Shown here piece by piece: positions 1 to 8,964 of a DNA stretch of 64,000 nucleotides. A program made the translations under genes and the position numbers. Source of the DNA: a virus (taxonomy: Duplodnaviria > Caudoviricetes); the IMG/VR virus record IMGVR_UViG_3300037714_000131, positions 19,911 through 83,910 of that record; one strand, 5' to 3'. Each line of letters begins with the position of its first letter. Within the stretch, counting starts at the first letter, position 1. The notes under the pieces are model-generated. The model was not told where the DNA came from and did no database searches. It was given only the letters and a program-made list of their open reading frames with translations.

Positions 1-19
1 ATGTCTTCGAACACTTCCA

Positions 20-610
20 TCATACGGCAATCTCCAACGCCTTCAGGTGGAGGTACACCCGCAAGCACGCCGTCAGATCGACCATCGCATCGTGTGCGCC
101 TTCAAGCTTCTCACCGAAAAAGTGCTCAATGCATTCTTCGAGCTTCGGAGCTTTCGGCTTGTTGAAGCCAGCGGCAAGCATGCGGTCTGTGGGCGGCATA
201 TTGATAACGGGAGTGGCCGTTTCCATCGTGCAGAAGCAAGGCTTCGTGATGCGCATTTCCTTGCCCTGCTGGCGCGTCATGGCCACTTCCATCACCATCT
301 TGTCGAAGCGGATGTTATGGGCGATGATCAGGTCCGCGCGCTGATGGAAATGGGCGAAATGCGCGAGTGCTGAAGTCGGAGATACGCCGAACTGAACAGC
401 CCTCTCTGCCGTGATGCCGTGTACAGCTGCCGCCTTCTCCGGGATCTCGACGCCGTTGTCGATGATCAGCGAAAACCCGGCGATCGGCTTGCCGTCATCC
501 TCGCAGAGTTGGGCTGCGAGCTGGACGATATAGGGCTGGTCCGGATGATCCAGCGGAAGGTTCGGTTTGGTAAACCCGCTCGTCTCGGTATCTATGGCTA
601 AGATTGTCAT
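20..610 (-). CDS. DEDDh 3'-5' exonuclease (DNA pol III epsilon-like)
   Basis: ExoI IDTETSG, ExoII IAHNIRFD and ExoIII AHDAMVD motifs. Confidence 0.88.
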   Translation of the reverse strand: MTILAIDTETSGFTKPNLPLDHPDQPYIVQLAAQLCEDDGKPIAGFSLIIDNGVEIPEKAAAVHGITAERAVQFGVSPTSALAHFAHFHQRADLIIAHNIRFDKMVMEVAMTRQQGKEMRITKPCFCTMETATPVINMPPTDRMLAAGFNKPKAPKLEECIEHFFGEKLEGAHDAMVDLTACLRVYLHLKALEIAV

Positions 611-1674
611 CAGAATTTCATCTCGATATGAGGGATATTGCCCGCGATAATGGCGGCGACGATGGTCTCTGCATGATCCTGGGGGATGCCTCGCTGGCAG
701 ATCGCGGTGATGGCTTCCTTGGTGAGCTTGGCGCGGTGCTTCTTGTTGGCTTCGCGTTTCGCCTGCTCGGCAGCGGCGCGCTCCTCCTCCGCCTTGCGCT
801 CGGCTTCCTTGCGTTCCTGCTCGCGGATCAAAGCCTGTTTTTCGGCTTCGGCTTTCGCAATAGCGGCTTGCTTCTCGCGTTCGGCCTTGGCGATGGCTTC
901 CTCAGCCAGGCGCTTTTCATCGGCGCGCGCCCGTTCGGCAGCCTCTTCCTCGCGGCGCTTGGCTTCTTCGGCGGCGCGGTCTGCCGCTTCCTTGGCGATG
1001 CGATCCAGCTCGGCTTTCTCCGCCGCTTCGCGCTCAGCCTTGATGCGGGCTTCGTTCTCGGCGCGGAGACGTTCGAGTTCGCGGGCGTCAGCTTCTGCCT
1101 TCTCAGCGGCAGCTAGCGCTTGCGTCAGATTTTCGTACGCAACGGCGAGCGCTGACTCGCCTTCTGCGGTGCGTTCCAACAGAACCGTTCCATCAAGCGT
1201 CATTTCGGCGAGACGGTTGAGCCTCAGCTTGATTGCGTCGCTATTCGCGCCGTGTTCGAGCGTCTTGTAATCGCGGATGCGATGGAAGAATTCGGCCACG
1301 GCGTCTGTGCGCCGTTCCTCCGCTTCTTCCCACTCCGTAACCGGCCAGCGCGCTTCGGCGGCAAGCTCTTCCAGTTCTTCCCGAACTCTCTTGCGTTGCG
1401 CATTCACCTGATTGGTCAGCTTCCGCCATTCTTCGGTTCGGCTCTTGCCTGCATCGTCGATGGCTGTCTTCGACCGCGTGATCTGATAGGCTAGGGATTT
1501 GATTTTCTTCCGGCCTGTTTCGGTCGATACATCCGGCTCCGACGCTGCAATCTTAGCCTTGATGGAAGCGTAGAATTGCTCGTATGTTTTTACGTCCGTC
1601 AGAACCATGACGGGATTGGTTTCGACGAGTGCCGAAATGTCAGTGGTCTGCTCTTTCACGGCTGCTTCAGCCAT
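610..1674 (-). CDS. Coiled-coil phage protein of recombination module
   Basis: 354-aa ORF with a long E/A/R/K-rich helix, overlapping erf and the exonuclease. Confidence 0.7.
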   Translation of the reverse strand: MAEAAVKEQTTDISALVETNPVMVLTDVKTYEQFYASIKAKIAASEPDVSTETGRKKIKSLAYQITRSKTAIDDAGKSRTEEWRKLTNQVNAQRKRVREELEELAAEARWPVTEWEEAEERRTDAVAEFFHRIRDYKTLEHGANSDAIKLRLNRLAEMTLDGTVLLERTAEGESALAVAYENLTQALAAAEKAEADARELERLRAENEARIKAEREAAEKAELDRIAKEAADRAAEEAKRREEEAAERARADEKRLAEEAIAKAEREKQAAIAKAEAEKQALIREQERKEAERKAEEERAAAEQAKREANKKHRAKLTKEAITAICQRGIPQDHAETIVAAIIAGNIPHIEMKF

Positions 1675-2416
1675 TTTTCAATTTCCTCTTGGCTGCGAAA
1701 ATGTTCATCGCTTCTTGGAAACGGCGTGCCGGAAGTTCCTTCACGTCGCTGATGCCGAAATGCTTTTTGAACTGTTCGAGGTCCGATGCGGTGTCATCCA
1801 GAAGATCGTTGATCGTCTTCACCTGCACGTCGTTGATCGGCGCAACGCCGGCAGAATTGCCGTCGTCGTCCTTGTTGCCTTCCTTGGTGGCAATCCCGGT
1901 CACGGCTTCGAACGTCGCCAGCTTCATATAGGTCGTAGCGGACTTGATTTGCTGGATCGGATTTTTGTTTCCCGACTTGTCTGGCGCTGACTTCATCTCC
2001 ACGCTTACGCTGTGCCCCGCTGGATGTGTTAGCGTGCAGATTACGATTATGATGCCGTCAGCGTTTTCCGGCTGCTTGATGTCCCAGCTCGCGTCCAGAT
2101 CGTATTGTCCGAGAACTGCATTGATCGTGTTGACGACGTTGCCGATCGTGGCGTACGCTGAATTGTACTGCTTGTTTTCGGCGTCCTTAACCACCGTCGG
2201 TGCGTTGGCTTTGAACTTCGCCTTGGCCTCGAAGAATGCCTTGCGAGCCTGGGCTTTTTCCCAGCGCTCGTGGAGATCCATGAGTTTCTCCATCTTGTCG
2301 ACGGCATCCCCGCGCTCAAGGGCGGCGTTCAGCATGTCGAGCGGGGTTACGGCCCGCTGCTGTGCTGTCACCTCCCGGCGTTCCTCTACCGTCTGTAGCT
2401 GCTGTGCGGTACTCAT
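1667..2416 (-). CDS. erf: ERF family ssDNA-annealing recombinase
   Basis: YNSAYATI, TLTHPAGHS and QQIKSATTYMK match the ERF pattern (GSaiTYakRY-like). Confidence 0.85.
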   Translation of the reverse strand: MSTAQQLQTVEERREVTAQQRAVTPLDMLNAALERGDAVDKMEKLMDLHERWEKAQARKAFFEAKAKFKANAPTVVKDAENKQYNSAYATIGNVVNTINAVLGQYDLDASWDIKQPENADGIIIVICTLTHPAGHSVSVEMKSAPDKSGNKNPIQQIKSATTYMKLATFEAVTGIATKEGNKDDDGNSAGVAPINDVQVKTINDLLDDTASDLEQFKKHFGISDVKELPARRFQEAMNIFAAKRKLKNG

Positions 2417-2667
2417 GACTGCTTCCTCTCTTTGATCAGTTCCCGAAGCTCCTTAAGCTCCTCCGGCGTCATGTGAAGGATCTCCATCAGGAAATCGTCA
2501 CGGCCTTCAGCGTCTTCCGCGCGCTTCTCTGCTATGCGGAGACGGGCTTCAAGATCGGTGATCTTGGCGTCCTTGGCGTCGAGGGCGGAAACGATCAGAT
2601 CATGTGTGTTTGAGACCGTTTCGCCTGTGCGAATCCATTCAAGGAGCCGTTTGTTATTGTCGGTCAT
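2413..2667 (-). CDS. Hypothetical early protein
   Basis: ATGA-coupled ORF in the leftward operon; start MTDNNK chosen. Confidence 0.6.
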   Translation of the reverse strand: MTDNNKRLLEWIRTGETVSNTHDLIVSALDAKDAKITDLEARLRIAEKRAEDAEGRDDFLMEILHMTPEELKELRELIKERKQS

Positions 2668-2912
2668 GCTCCGCTCCCTTCGAGCTTGGCGAGTGCCTTG
2701 GAAAGAGCTTCGACCTTCCAAGTTTCGACCGGAACCCAGTCGTCTGATAGATGGCGGTCGAGCACTTCGACGATCTCGGTCGCAGGCTTCAGCGCTTCCC
2801 GCAGTTCTGCTATCTCTGCGGATAGGGATTCGAGAGCGTCGGCGGCATCCAAGTGCAGAGCAGGCGCGGCATCACGGCGTAGCCGCTCTATGAGCTGTTG
2901 GTTGTCAGTCAT
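2664..2912 (-). CDS. Hypothetical early protein (Ead/Ea22-like helix)
   Basis: Coupled ORF; AEIAELREALKP resembles the neighbouring ORF. Confidence 0.6.
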   Translation of the reverse strand: MTDNQQLIERLRRDAAPALHLDAADALESLSAEIAELREALKPATEIVEVLDRHLSDDWVPVETWKVEALSKALAKLEGSGA

Positions 2913-3225
2913 TGGAGGCTCCTTCGAGCTTGGCGCGGGCGTAACGGAAGTCACTCGGCCCGAACCACGTCGAGATCGGCTCCCGGTGAATATTCGATGT
3001 CCAGCCGTTGTCATCGACGTTGACGCCAAAATCTGAGAAAGGCCTCAGCGCTTCCCGTAGCAGCTCTATCTCTGCTGCAAGCCGGTTATTCTCGCGCGCC
3101 AGATCGTTTACGAGGTATGATGTCCCCATATGCATGCCGAGAGGCTGGCCGGGTAATGCCATCTGGTTGAACAGGTTGACGCGCTCTTCCAAGCTTCCCT
3201 TGTCGTTGGTGAATGCATTGGTCAT
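2905..3225 (-). CDS. Hypothetical early protein
   Basis: Coupled ORF containing AEIELLREALRP. Confidence 0.6.
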   Translation of the reverse strand: MTNAFTNDKGSLEERVNLFNQMALPGQPLGMHMGTSYLVNDLARENNRLAAEIELLREALRPFSDFGVNVDDNGWTSNIHREPISTWFGPSDFRYARAKLEGASND

Positions 3226-3521
3226 TGGACGATCCCCCGCTTAGTGTTCTGATGGGTGATATCGCTATCGACGCCCCAGCAAATCCCATCACCTGATTCA
3301 TACGGATAGGCGTAGACGGAAATTCTCAGCTCTTCATGCTCACGGGCGCAGCGCTTGCCACGCTGGCGGCATTCCTCTATCACTTCGTTCACAGCGTCCT
3401 GTACGCTCTCGCAAAGGTCTTCGAGGCGGTCGCCGGCGGCCAACCGAGCATCCCGTTCTTCCCTGCTTATCAAGCCTTGTCGGTTAGCCGTGTAGAGGTT
3501 GATGCGGTCAAGGGGGGTCAT
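3222..3521 (-). CDS. Hypothetical early protein
   Basis: ATGA-coupled ORF. Confidence 0.6.
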   Translation of the reverse strand: MTPLDRINLYTANRQGLISREERDARLAAGDRLEDLCESVQDAVNEVIEECRQRGKRCAREHEELRISVYAYPYESGDGICWGVDSDITHQNTKRGIVQ

Positions 3522-3778
3522 GTGCGCTCCGTGAATTCGACTGATTCAGATTCATCAACCCCATGAAGGTCCACGGCCTTTCCCTGCTCGGTAACTCTGA
3601 GCCGTTTCTTGTTGTATTTCTCAGCAAGGCCAGCTTTAATGAGGGCGTTCCAAGTCGATCGCATAACGCCTGCGCGTTCGCCTGCTGCGGTCAGCACGCC
3701 GTTTTTATCGAACAGGCCGTCGCCAGAATGATTGATCAGCCACTTCAGCGCGCTTTTCTGAGATCCCGTTAAAGTCAT
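3518..3778 (-). CDS. Hypothetical, possible winged-helix protein
   Basis: MTLTGSQKSALKWL...TWNALIKAGL...LRVTEQG pattern. Confidence 0.55.
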   Translation of the reverse strand: MTLTGSQKSALKWLINHSGDGLFDKNGVLTAAGERAGVMRSTWNALIKAGLAEKYNKKRLRVTEQGKAVDLHGVDESESVEFTERT

Positions 3779-3981
3779 CCCGCCACCCTTTCCCGGTTCT
3801 CGCGGTTCATCCTCTCCGCCCGTTCCCAGGCACCGGCTTCTGCTCTGTAAAGATCGTCGATTTGCTCGTCTGTGAGCCAATCAGCTCCGCGTTCTGACAG
3901 CATCAAGAGGACGCTCTTGCGGAGAGCGGTGAAGCCAGCTTCGGCGATGAAGGCGAGCTTGCGCTCGCGCTCTGTGATCAT
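3775..3981 (-). CDS. Hypothetical early protein
   Basis: Coupled ORF. Confidence 0.55.
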   Translation of the reverse strand: MITERERKLAFIAEAGFTALRKSVLLMLSERGADWLTDEQIDDLYRAEAGAWERAERMNRENRERVAG

Positions 3982-4316
3982 ATCCGTGCCCCTGCATCGA
4001 CATGCGTTGACCCGACATCACCGCCAGCAGGACGCCGACAATCGTCAGCAACGCCACCTTGTTCTTCCGCCCATTCAAGCCAGTCGTGATCCTTGATCAG
4101 GATGAGAGCGGCTTCGTCGTGACGATCTCCGGTGAGACGTTCCTTGAAATCGACATGTTCGGAGCCGACATAAATGGCGGTGATCTCGAAATCTCCCGGC
4201 ATCATTCCCGGCGCGACATCTGCCGTCAGATCACATGGGAACATTCCGCCCTTGTCGCTGATCGTGTAGCCGGTGCCGTCTAAACTGATGTAGGCTTCTA
4301 CGGATGGGGTGGTCAT
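3978..4316 (-). CDS. Hypothetical acidic early protein
   Basis: Coupled ORF. Confidence 0.55.
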   Translation of the reverse strand: MTTPSVEAYISLDGTGYTISDKGGMFPCDLTADVAPGMMPGDFEITAIYVGSEHVDFKERLTGDRHDEAALILIKDHDWLEWAEEQGGVADDCRRPAGGDVGSTHVDAGARI

Positions 4317-4534
4317 TGCTCGCGCTCCACATCAACGAGTTCGAAGTCGTTGCTCACGATGGTTTCGATGGGATGCCGGTCGTTGCCGTATTTGTTGAAC
4401 GGGCCGAGGCCGAGACCTTGGATTGCCGACTTGAGAACGCCCCGAGCCATTTCCTTATTTGTCGGTCCAGAGACATGGACACGGCGGCGAACGGTCACGA
4501 TGACATCGAATTCGTAGGTCGGGGGTTTGCTCAT
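4313..4534 (-). CDS. Hypothetical early protein
   Basis: Coupled ORF. Confidence 0.55.
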   Translation of the reverse strand: MSKPPTYEFDVIVTVRRRVHVSGPTNKEMARGVLKSAIQGLGLGPFNKYGNDRHPIETIVSNDFELVDVEREQ

Positions 4535-4878
4535 TGCTCGCCTCGTGCTTTGGCCAGTGCTGCTTCGACTTTGGCGAGAGTTGCAAATTCTGGGTCACCC
4601 TTTCGGGAGCCGACAACCTCGATTGCGTTCGAGATCGCCTTCCGCGCGTCTTCGAGCGCCTCGTACATGTCCCAGCTCGCAGCAAAAAGCTGTGCCGTGG
4701 CTTCCAGTTCTTCAGGGGGAGCGCCGCGATCCTTGCCAACGCCACTGACATGAGCCTGAAAGCGGTTCACAAAAAACGGGCTGCCGTCCTCGTGATAATC
4801 ATCCCGATGCTCAAGCTTATAAATCGTCGTGCGTTCGCGAATGTACGGTCCCGGCGTTGCCTTAAGCTTGCTCATCAT
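4531..4878 (-). CDS. Hypothetical phage protein (TPGP...AALAKARG type)
   Basis: Common small phage protein pattern; coupled to neighbours. Confidence 0.6.
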   Translation of the reverse strand: MMSKLKATPGPYIRERTTIYKLEHRDDYHEDGSPFFVNRFQAHVSGVGKDRGAPPEELEATAQLFAASWDMYEALEDARKAISNAIEVVGSRKGDPEFATLAKVEAALAKARGEQ

Positions 4879-5017
4879 CTTCCTCGCTCTGATGGCACTT
4901 GCACTCACAAGGCCCGCCATCCATCTCGATGGCAGCAATATCCTGCTCGTCTATGCCGTAGCGGTGTGCATGGCATTCGTAGGCGTCAGGGGAGACGCAG
5001 GCGCAGCGGTCGGTCAT
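4862..5017 (-). CDS. Small Cys/His-rich protein (51 aa, not in ORF track)
   Basis: Hand translation MTDRCACVSPDAYECHAHRY...GPCECKCHQSEEDDEQA; the start overlaps the upstream stop (ATGA). Confidence 0.55.
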   Translation of the reverse strand: MTDRCACVSPDAYECHAHRYGIDEQDIAAIEMDGGPCECKCHQSEEDDEQA

Positions 5018-5205
5018 TGGTCGCCTCGCTGAATTAGAGAGATCTCATGCTGCTCGGCACCGATCCGCAGAAGTTCTCCAGAGCGGTTCCGCAGCCACTC
5101 GGCGCGGGTTACGGCCTTGATGCCATCGGGGCTGACCATCTCTTTGTACTGAGCTTCGGCGATTGCACGAGCTTCAGAGACGGTGACGGGGGTGCGGTCG
5201 GTCAT
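5014..5205 (-). CDS. Hypothetical early protein
   Basis: Coupled ORF. Confidence 0.55.
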   Translation of the reverse strand: MTDRTPVTVSEARAIAEAQYKEMVSPDGIKAVTRAEWLRNRSGELLRIGAEQHEISLIQRGDQ

Positions 5206-5588
5206 GTCTCTGCCATCGCCAGTTTGAGCGCTGCATCAATCTTCGCCCGTGCCATAGGCGGCATCGTATTCAGTCCATCACGCTTGCAATCTTCGTCAGC
5301 GTCGCGCACCATTTCGAGAGCTTCCACGAGAGGCGTAAGCGGGGCAATCACAGCAATTGGATTGCGGAGGTTCCACGCTGAAACCATGTCCTCTACATGC
5401 TCGTAATGGGTGCCTGTCGATGCCTTGCACTGCGTGCAGTTGATCCAGAACCCTTCACATTCAGGGTGGGGATCTTCGTTGAAGACTGCTTCACCGCCGC
5501 AGAATGGACACGGCTTGATGCTACAGGTGGCCCGCTGATACTCTTCCTCTGTCGGAAGATCGGGTCCGTCTTCGTATTGGCTGATCAT
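5202..5588 (-). CDS. Lar-family restriction alleviation protein
   Basis: KPCPFCGGEA...INCTQCKAS...SAWNLR zinc-ribbon signature. Confidence 0.75.
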   Translation of the reverse strand: MISQYEDGPDLPTEEEYQRATCSIKPCPFCGGEAVFNEDPHPECEGFWINCTQCKASTGTHYEHVEDMVSAWNLRNPIAVIAPLTPLVEALEMVRDADEDCKRDGLNTMPPMARAKIDAALKLAMAET

Positions 5589-5589
5589 G

Positions 5590-6108
5590 TCAAGCCGCTC
5601 CATCTGTCTTGAAAGGGACAACGACGGCGGACCCATTTACCCCGCTAGGCGAGTCCGCCGCCGCGCCGCGCGCCCTCTTGGCCACAAGAGGGATAGCGCC
5701 CCGCTGCAGAAGGTGTTCGGCATATAAAGTGTTATATTCTTTGATAAGCCGCTCGCGGGCGCATTCCGATGCCTTGTATCCATCAGCAAGTACATGCACG
5801 CGCTTGTGCATCTCGCACCAGTTGCGATAGCCTGTATGCAGATCCCTGCGCATCCGGTTCAGGACGTGAACGATGTAGGCTACCGCCAGCGTTGACCATC
5901 CGGTGACGGCAATGATGCCGTCCCACTGCATGGGAAATACCGCTGAAACGAACATGAGTGGCAGGATCGAGACGCCCGCGCAGATAGAGGGGATGTAACC
6001 ACGGGCCAGTCGTTTATTCATTGAGTGTTCTTCTGACTGGCCCGCATACTGCTCCTGAGAGGAGTCTGGGGAGGAGATAAGACTTTCAACTCTCGGTGCA
6101 GAAATCAT
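5590..6108 (-). CDS. Hypothetical membrane protein (2 TM + coiled coil)
   Basis: Two hydrophobic segments; true start uncertain. Confidence 0.55.
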   Translation of the reverse strand: MISAPRVESLISSPDSSQEQYAGQSEEHSMNKRLARGYIPSICAGVSILPLMFVSAVFPMQWDGIIAVTGWSTLAVAYIVHVLNRMRRDLHTGYRNWCEMHKRVHVLADGYKASECARERLIKEYNTLYAEHLLQRGAIPLVAKRARGAAADSPSGVNGSAVVVPFKTDGAA

Positions 6109-6132
6109 TTAATCAATCCTCTGTTTAAAACT

Positions 6133-6206
6133 TGGTGAGCGGAGAAGGCTTCGAACCTTCAGATTATTCATGAGCCTCATCGGTCTATGCTTCTGGCCAA
6201 CCGCCT
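6133..6206 (-). tRNA. Degenerate tRNA-like element (CAT anticodon loop)
   Basis: Minus strand has a T-arm GAAGG-TTCGAAG-CCTTC, a 3' ACCA and a CT-CAT-GA loop. The acceptor stem is imperfect and the anticodon stem is unpaired. Confidence 0.4.
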
Positions 6207-6297
6207 ATTGCTTTCCGGGCTATCCCCCTGCGGGGCCGCTCATAACTTCTATGCAGTTGCTCTCTTCCATTACTGAGGGAGGAGGCAGAGAGTTCGG

Positions 6298-7164
6298 TTA
6301 TTCCGATGCAGGTTCCGTTTCAGCGCTTTCATCAACCCACGGAGCAGGCAGCAAGCGGCTATCAAAAAACTGAATGAATTCCTTCGCCCGCGCCCGATAC
6401 AGCGGCGGGATTTCTTCAATCGTCCTGACGTTGAAAGCGTGCGCCATCGGGCAGTTGGTCCAATCGTGGCAGTCCCAAGCGCCTGACTGTTTGATGTCAT
6501 CCAGCGTCTTGCCGCCAGCGGTCAGCAGTGCGGGAACAACTTCGCGCTTGTACTGGCTGAACTTCAGGCCGTCTGGCATGGTGAAATCGGGAATGTCTTT
6601 GGCACCCGAGAGGTAGGCACCCGAGAGGTCGGCACCCGAGAGGTTGGCACCCGAGAGGTTGGCACCCGCGAGGTCGGCACCCGCGAGGTCGGCACGCGCG
6701 AGGTAGGCACCCGAGAGGTAGGCACGCGCGAGGTTGGCACCCGAGAGGTCGGCACCCGCGAGGTCGGCACCCGCGAGGTCGGCACGCGCGAGGTCGGCAC
6801 CCGCGAGGTAGGCACGCGCGAGGTTGGCACCCGAGAGGTCGGCACCCGAGAGGTTGGCACCCGAGAGGTCGGCACCCGAGAGGTCGGCACCCGCGAGGTC
6901 GGCACCCGCGAGGTCGGCACGCGCGAGGTAGGCACCCGCGAGGTCGGCACCCGAGAGGTCGGCACGCGCGAGGTCGGCACCCGCGAGGTAGGCACGCGAG
7001 AGGTCGGCACCCGAGAGGTTGGCACCCGAGAGGTCGGCACCCGCTTCAACAGCCTTCTTCACTGCTAAGCCTAATTTGATGCTGATCGGCGTATCTTCGG
7101 TGGCTTCGATTTCAGCCGTGAAGATCACTGAGCCGGTAAATCGATTTGTGATTTTGAATTCCAC
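6298..7164 (-). CDS. Pentapeptide-repeat protein
   Basis: About 30 A(D/N/Y)L(S/A)(G/R) repeats after an N-terminus (V)EFKITNRFTGSVIFTAEIE; GTG start at 7164 preferred. Confidence 0.85.
   Translation of the reverse strand: MEFKITNRFTGSVIFTAEIEATEDTPISIKLGLAVKKAVEAGADLSGANLSGADLSRAYLAGADLARADLSGADLAGAYLARADLAGADLAGADLSGADLSGANLSGADLSGANLARAYLAGADLARADLAGADLAGADLSGANLARAYLSGAYLARADLAGADLAGANLSGANLSGADLSGAYLSGAKDIPDFTMPDGLKFSQYKREVVPALLTAGGKTLDDIKQSGAWDCHDWTNCPMAHAFNVRTIEEIPPLYRARAKEFIQFFDSRLLPAPWVDESAETEPASE
6600..7045. repeat. 15-bp coding tandem repeat (ggcacccgagaggtc consensus), about 30 units
   Basis: Visible directly; encodes the pentapeptide repeats. Confidence 0.95.
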
Positions 7165-7267
7165 GGCGTTTGACCCTTCTTGCTCTTTGAACCCGGACCA
7201 AGCTTCAGGGGCGAGGTCCGGGGTTTGGTAGAGTTCGGAGGCGACCGGGGGGAAGCCGTCCGATGAA

Positions 7268-7324
7268 TTGGAATTTAATTCCATTCAAAGGGCGCGTCAA
7301 GTGGGAATTGGAATTTTAATCCAA
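7268..7324 (-). promoter_or_regulatory. PL-like promoter with two operators
   Basis: Minus-strand TTGACG(7300-7295)-17-TAAATT. Operators are TTGGA-N7-TCCAT (7268-7284) and TTGGA-N7-TCCAA (7308-7324). Confidence 0.7.
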
Positions 7325-7358
7325 TTTATTCACAGAGGCTGATTCGGTGATATTTCCG

Positions 7359-8018
7359 CTACAGGTTCTTGATGACCGCCATACAGCGACAGATGATCCG
7401 TCCGGGGTGGTCGGTGTCGATCAGGTCAATGGGGTAGTCGGCATTCAGGGGGCGAAGCTCTATCCTTGGCGTGCCGTTGCCAGCGGCCTTCGCAAGGCGA
7501 TACTTCCTGAATACGGCTTTCTCGCTGCCATTTGCGAGGGCAAGGACGTAATCGCCTGGTTCTATTGTGGCTTCCGGGTCACAAAGCAAGGTGTCGCCAA
7601 CCGAGAATTGCGGCAGCATACTGTTGTCATCAACATCGACGGTAAAGCAGGACGCGCCATGCGCCCGATCGATTGGTGTGCTCATGTCCCCAGACCAGAT
7701 GCTTAGAATATCGTGTCCCGCTTTATAATTAGAGAGATCTTTCAGTGTGACTTTCGGGACGCGCAAGCTTTCTTCTACATTGGGCAGTTTGTCATAATTG
7801 AATAACTTATCTGCGCTATCAACCCCAAAGATCAGGAATTGCTCTGACACATCAAGAGCTTCAGCAATTTTACTTATAGTGCTCCCGCGCGGCTGATCCA
7901 CCGCGCCGCGTGCGTATTTCGTGATCTGGTGATAGGGGACGCCAGAGCGCTCGGCGAGCACTGTCTGTGACCATCCCCTCTCATTCATCAATTTTACCAT
8001 GCGTTCATGCCATCTCAT
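7359..8018 (-). CDS. cI: CI-like repressor (XRE HTH + S24 peptidase)
   Basis: HTH WSQTVLAERSGV; S24 motifs DNSMLP and AVFRKY; divergent from the cro-like gene. Confidence 0.9.
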   Translation of the reverse strand: MRWHERMVKLMNERGWSQTVLAERSGVPYHQITKYARGAVDQPRGSTISKIAEALDVSEQFLIFGVDSADKLFNYDKLPNVEESLRVPKVTLKDLSNYKAGHDILSIWSGDMSTPIDRAHGASCFTVDVDDNSMLPQFSVGDTLLCDPEATIEPGDYVLALANGSEKAVFRKYRLAKAAGNGTPRIELRPLNADYPIDLIDTDHPGRIICRCMAVIKNL

Positions 8019-8066
8019 GATTTCCACAATAATGGAGATCACAGGCAGGGCACTGGAAAAAAACGC

Positions 8067-8096
8067 TTGATCTTTGGAATTATAGTCCAATATAAT
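8067..8096 (+). promoter_or_regulatory. PR-like promoter with operator
   Basis: TTGATC-18-TATAAT with the palindrome TTGGA-attatag-TCCAA (8074-8090) in the spacer. Confidence 0.7.
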
Positions 8097-8104
8097 GCCA
8101 TGAA

Positions 8105-8350
8105 ATGTCAAATCACATTCTCACATGCCAGCAGATTGTCCAGCGTTGCGGCGGACCCGTAGAGCTTTCGAAGAAGGTCGGGCGGACGCATTGGGCCATC
8201 TACAAGTGGAACAAGAACGGCATACCGGATGAGTACTGGGATCTGATCATGACGCTGGCGAAGGTCTCCGTCGATCAGATCTACAACGCCAATTTGCGGG
8301 CGCGCGGCGCGGAAGGCTCCATTCGCGAGCATGAAGGTGCCGCCGCCTAG
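8105..8350 (+). CDS. cro: Cro-like transcriptional regulator
   Basis: GGPVELSKKVGRTHWAIYKWNKNGIP HTH; position opposite cI. Confidence 0.8.
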   Translation: MSNHILTCQQIVQRCGGPVELSKKVGRTHWAIYKWNKNGIPDEYWDLIMTLAKVSVDQIYNANLRARGAEGSIREHEGAAA

Positions 8351-8631
8351 TTCCCGAGTTTACCGACCGCCCCTCCTTTCGGCGGGCGACAGTATAGAGG
8401 GCGTCCGAAATACCCAATGCGTGAGTCAAAGGCGGTGGGCTGGTCGGCCTGCAATGCAGGCATTATTTGAAGCCGCCAAATTGGGTAGTCCCTCGTGTGT
8501 TTCGTAAGCGTTGCGTTCGGCATGTTACGCGTCGCCGCGAGTAAGGATTAGCGAATAGGCAAATCCCTCTAGTTGCCCAGGTCCGCAGGTAGCCCCCCAT
8601 CGCCTGCGGACCACCCACACGGAACGAGACG

Positions 8632-8964
8632 ATGGCCGGATGGACTGACATCGAAAAGCAAAAGCTCCGCAACCTCCATGCGCAAGGTCTGACTCCCGCT
8701 GAGATGGTTGACCATTTCCCCGGCCGGACGCGCAATTCCATCATATCGCGCCTGCGTGACATGAATTTGGCAACGCGCTCGACCTTCCTTGAGCGCGGGA
8801 TGGCTGGCCGCCGTGAAGGATGGAGGGGAGAAGATACCGATCTGGTCATCCGCCTTCGTTGCAAATGGAATTGGCCGCCAAAGTCCATAGCTCAGGCGCT
8901 CGGGAAGCGCCCAAAGGCGGTTTACAACATCCTCGACAAATATACGGAGTGGCCCGCTGCATGA
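8632..8964 (+). CDS. GcrA-N/Myb-like tandem HTH protein
   Basis: WTDIEKQKLRNLHAQGLTPAEM...GRTRNSIISRL resembles the GcrA N-terminal HTH; a second HTH follows. Confidence 0.6.
   Translation: MAGWTDIEKQKLRNLHAQGLTPAEMVDHFPGRTRNSIISRLRDMNLATRSTFLERGMAGRREGWRGEDTDLVIRLRCKWNWPPKSIAQALGKRPKAVYNILDKYTEWPAA

Noticed and set aside
6600-7045. Repeat array as CRISPR
   Set aside because: Contiguous coding 15-mers with no spacers.
6564-7049. (SRVPT)n ORF of 161 aa
   Set aside because: Alternate-frame by-product of the stop-free 15-bp pentapeptide repeat.
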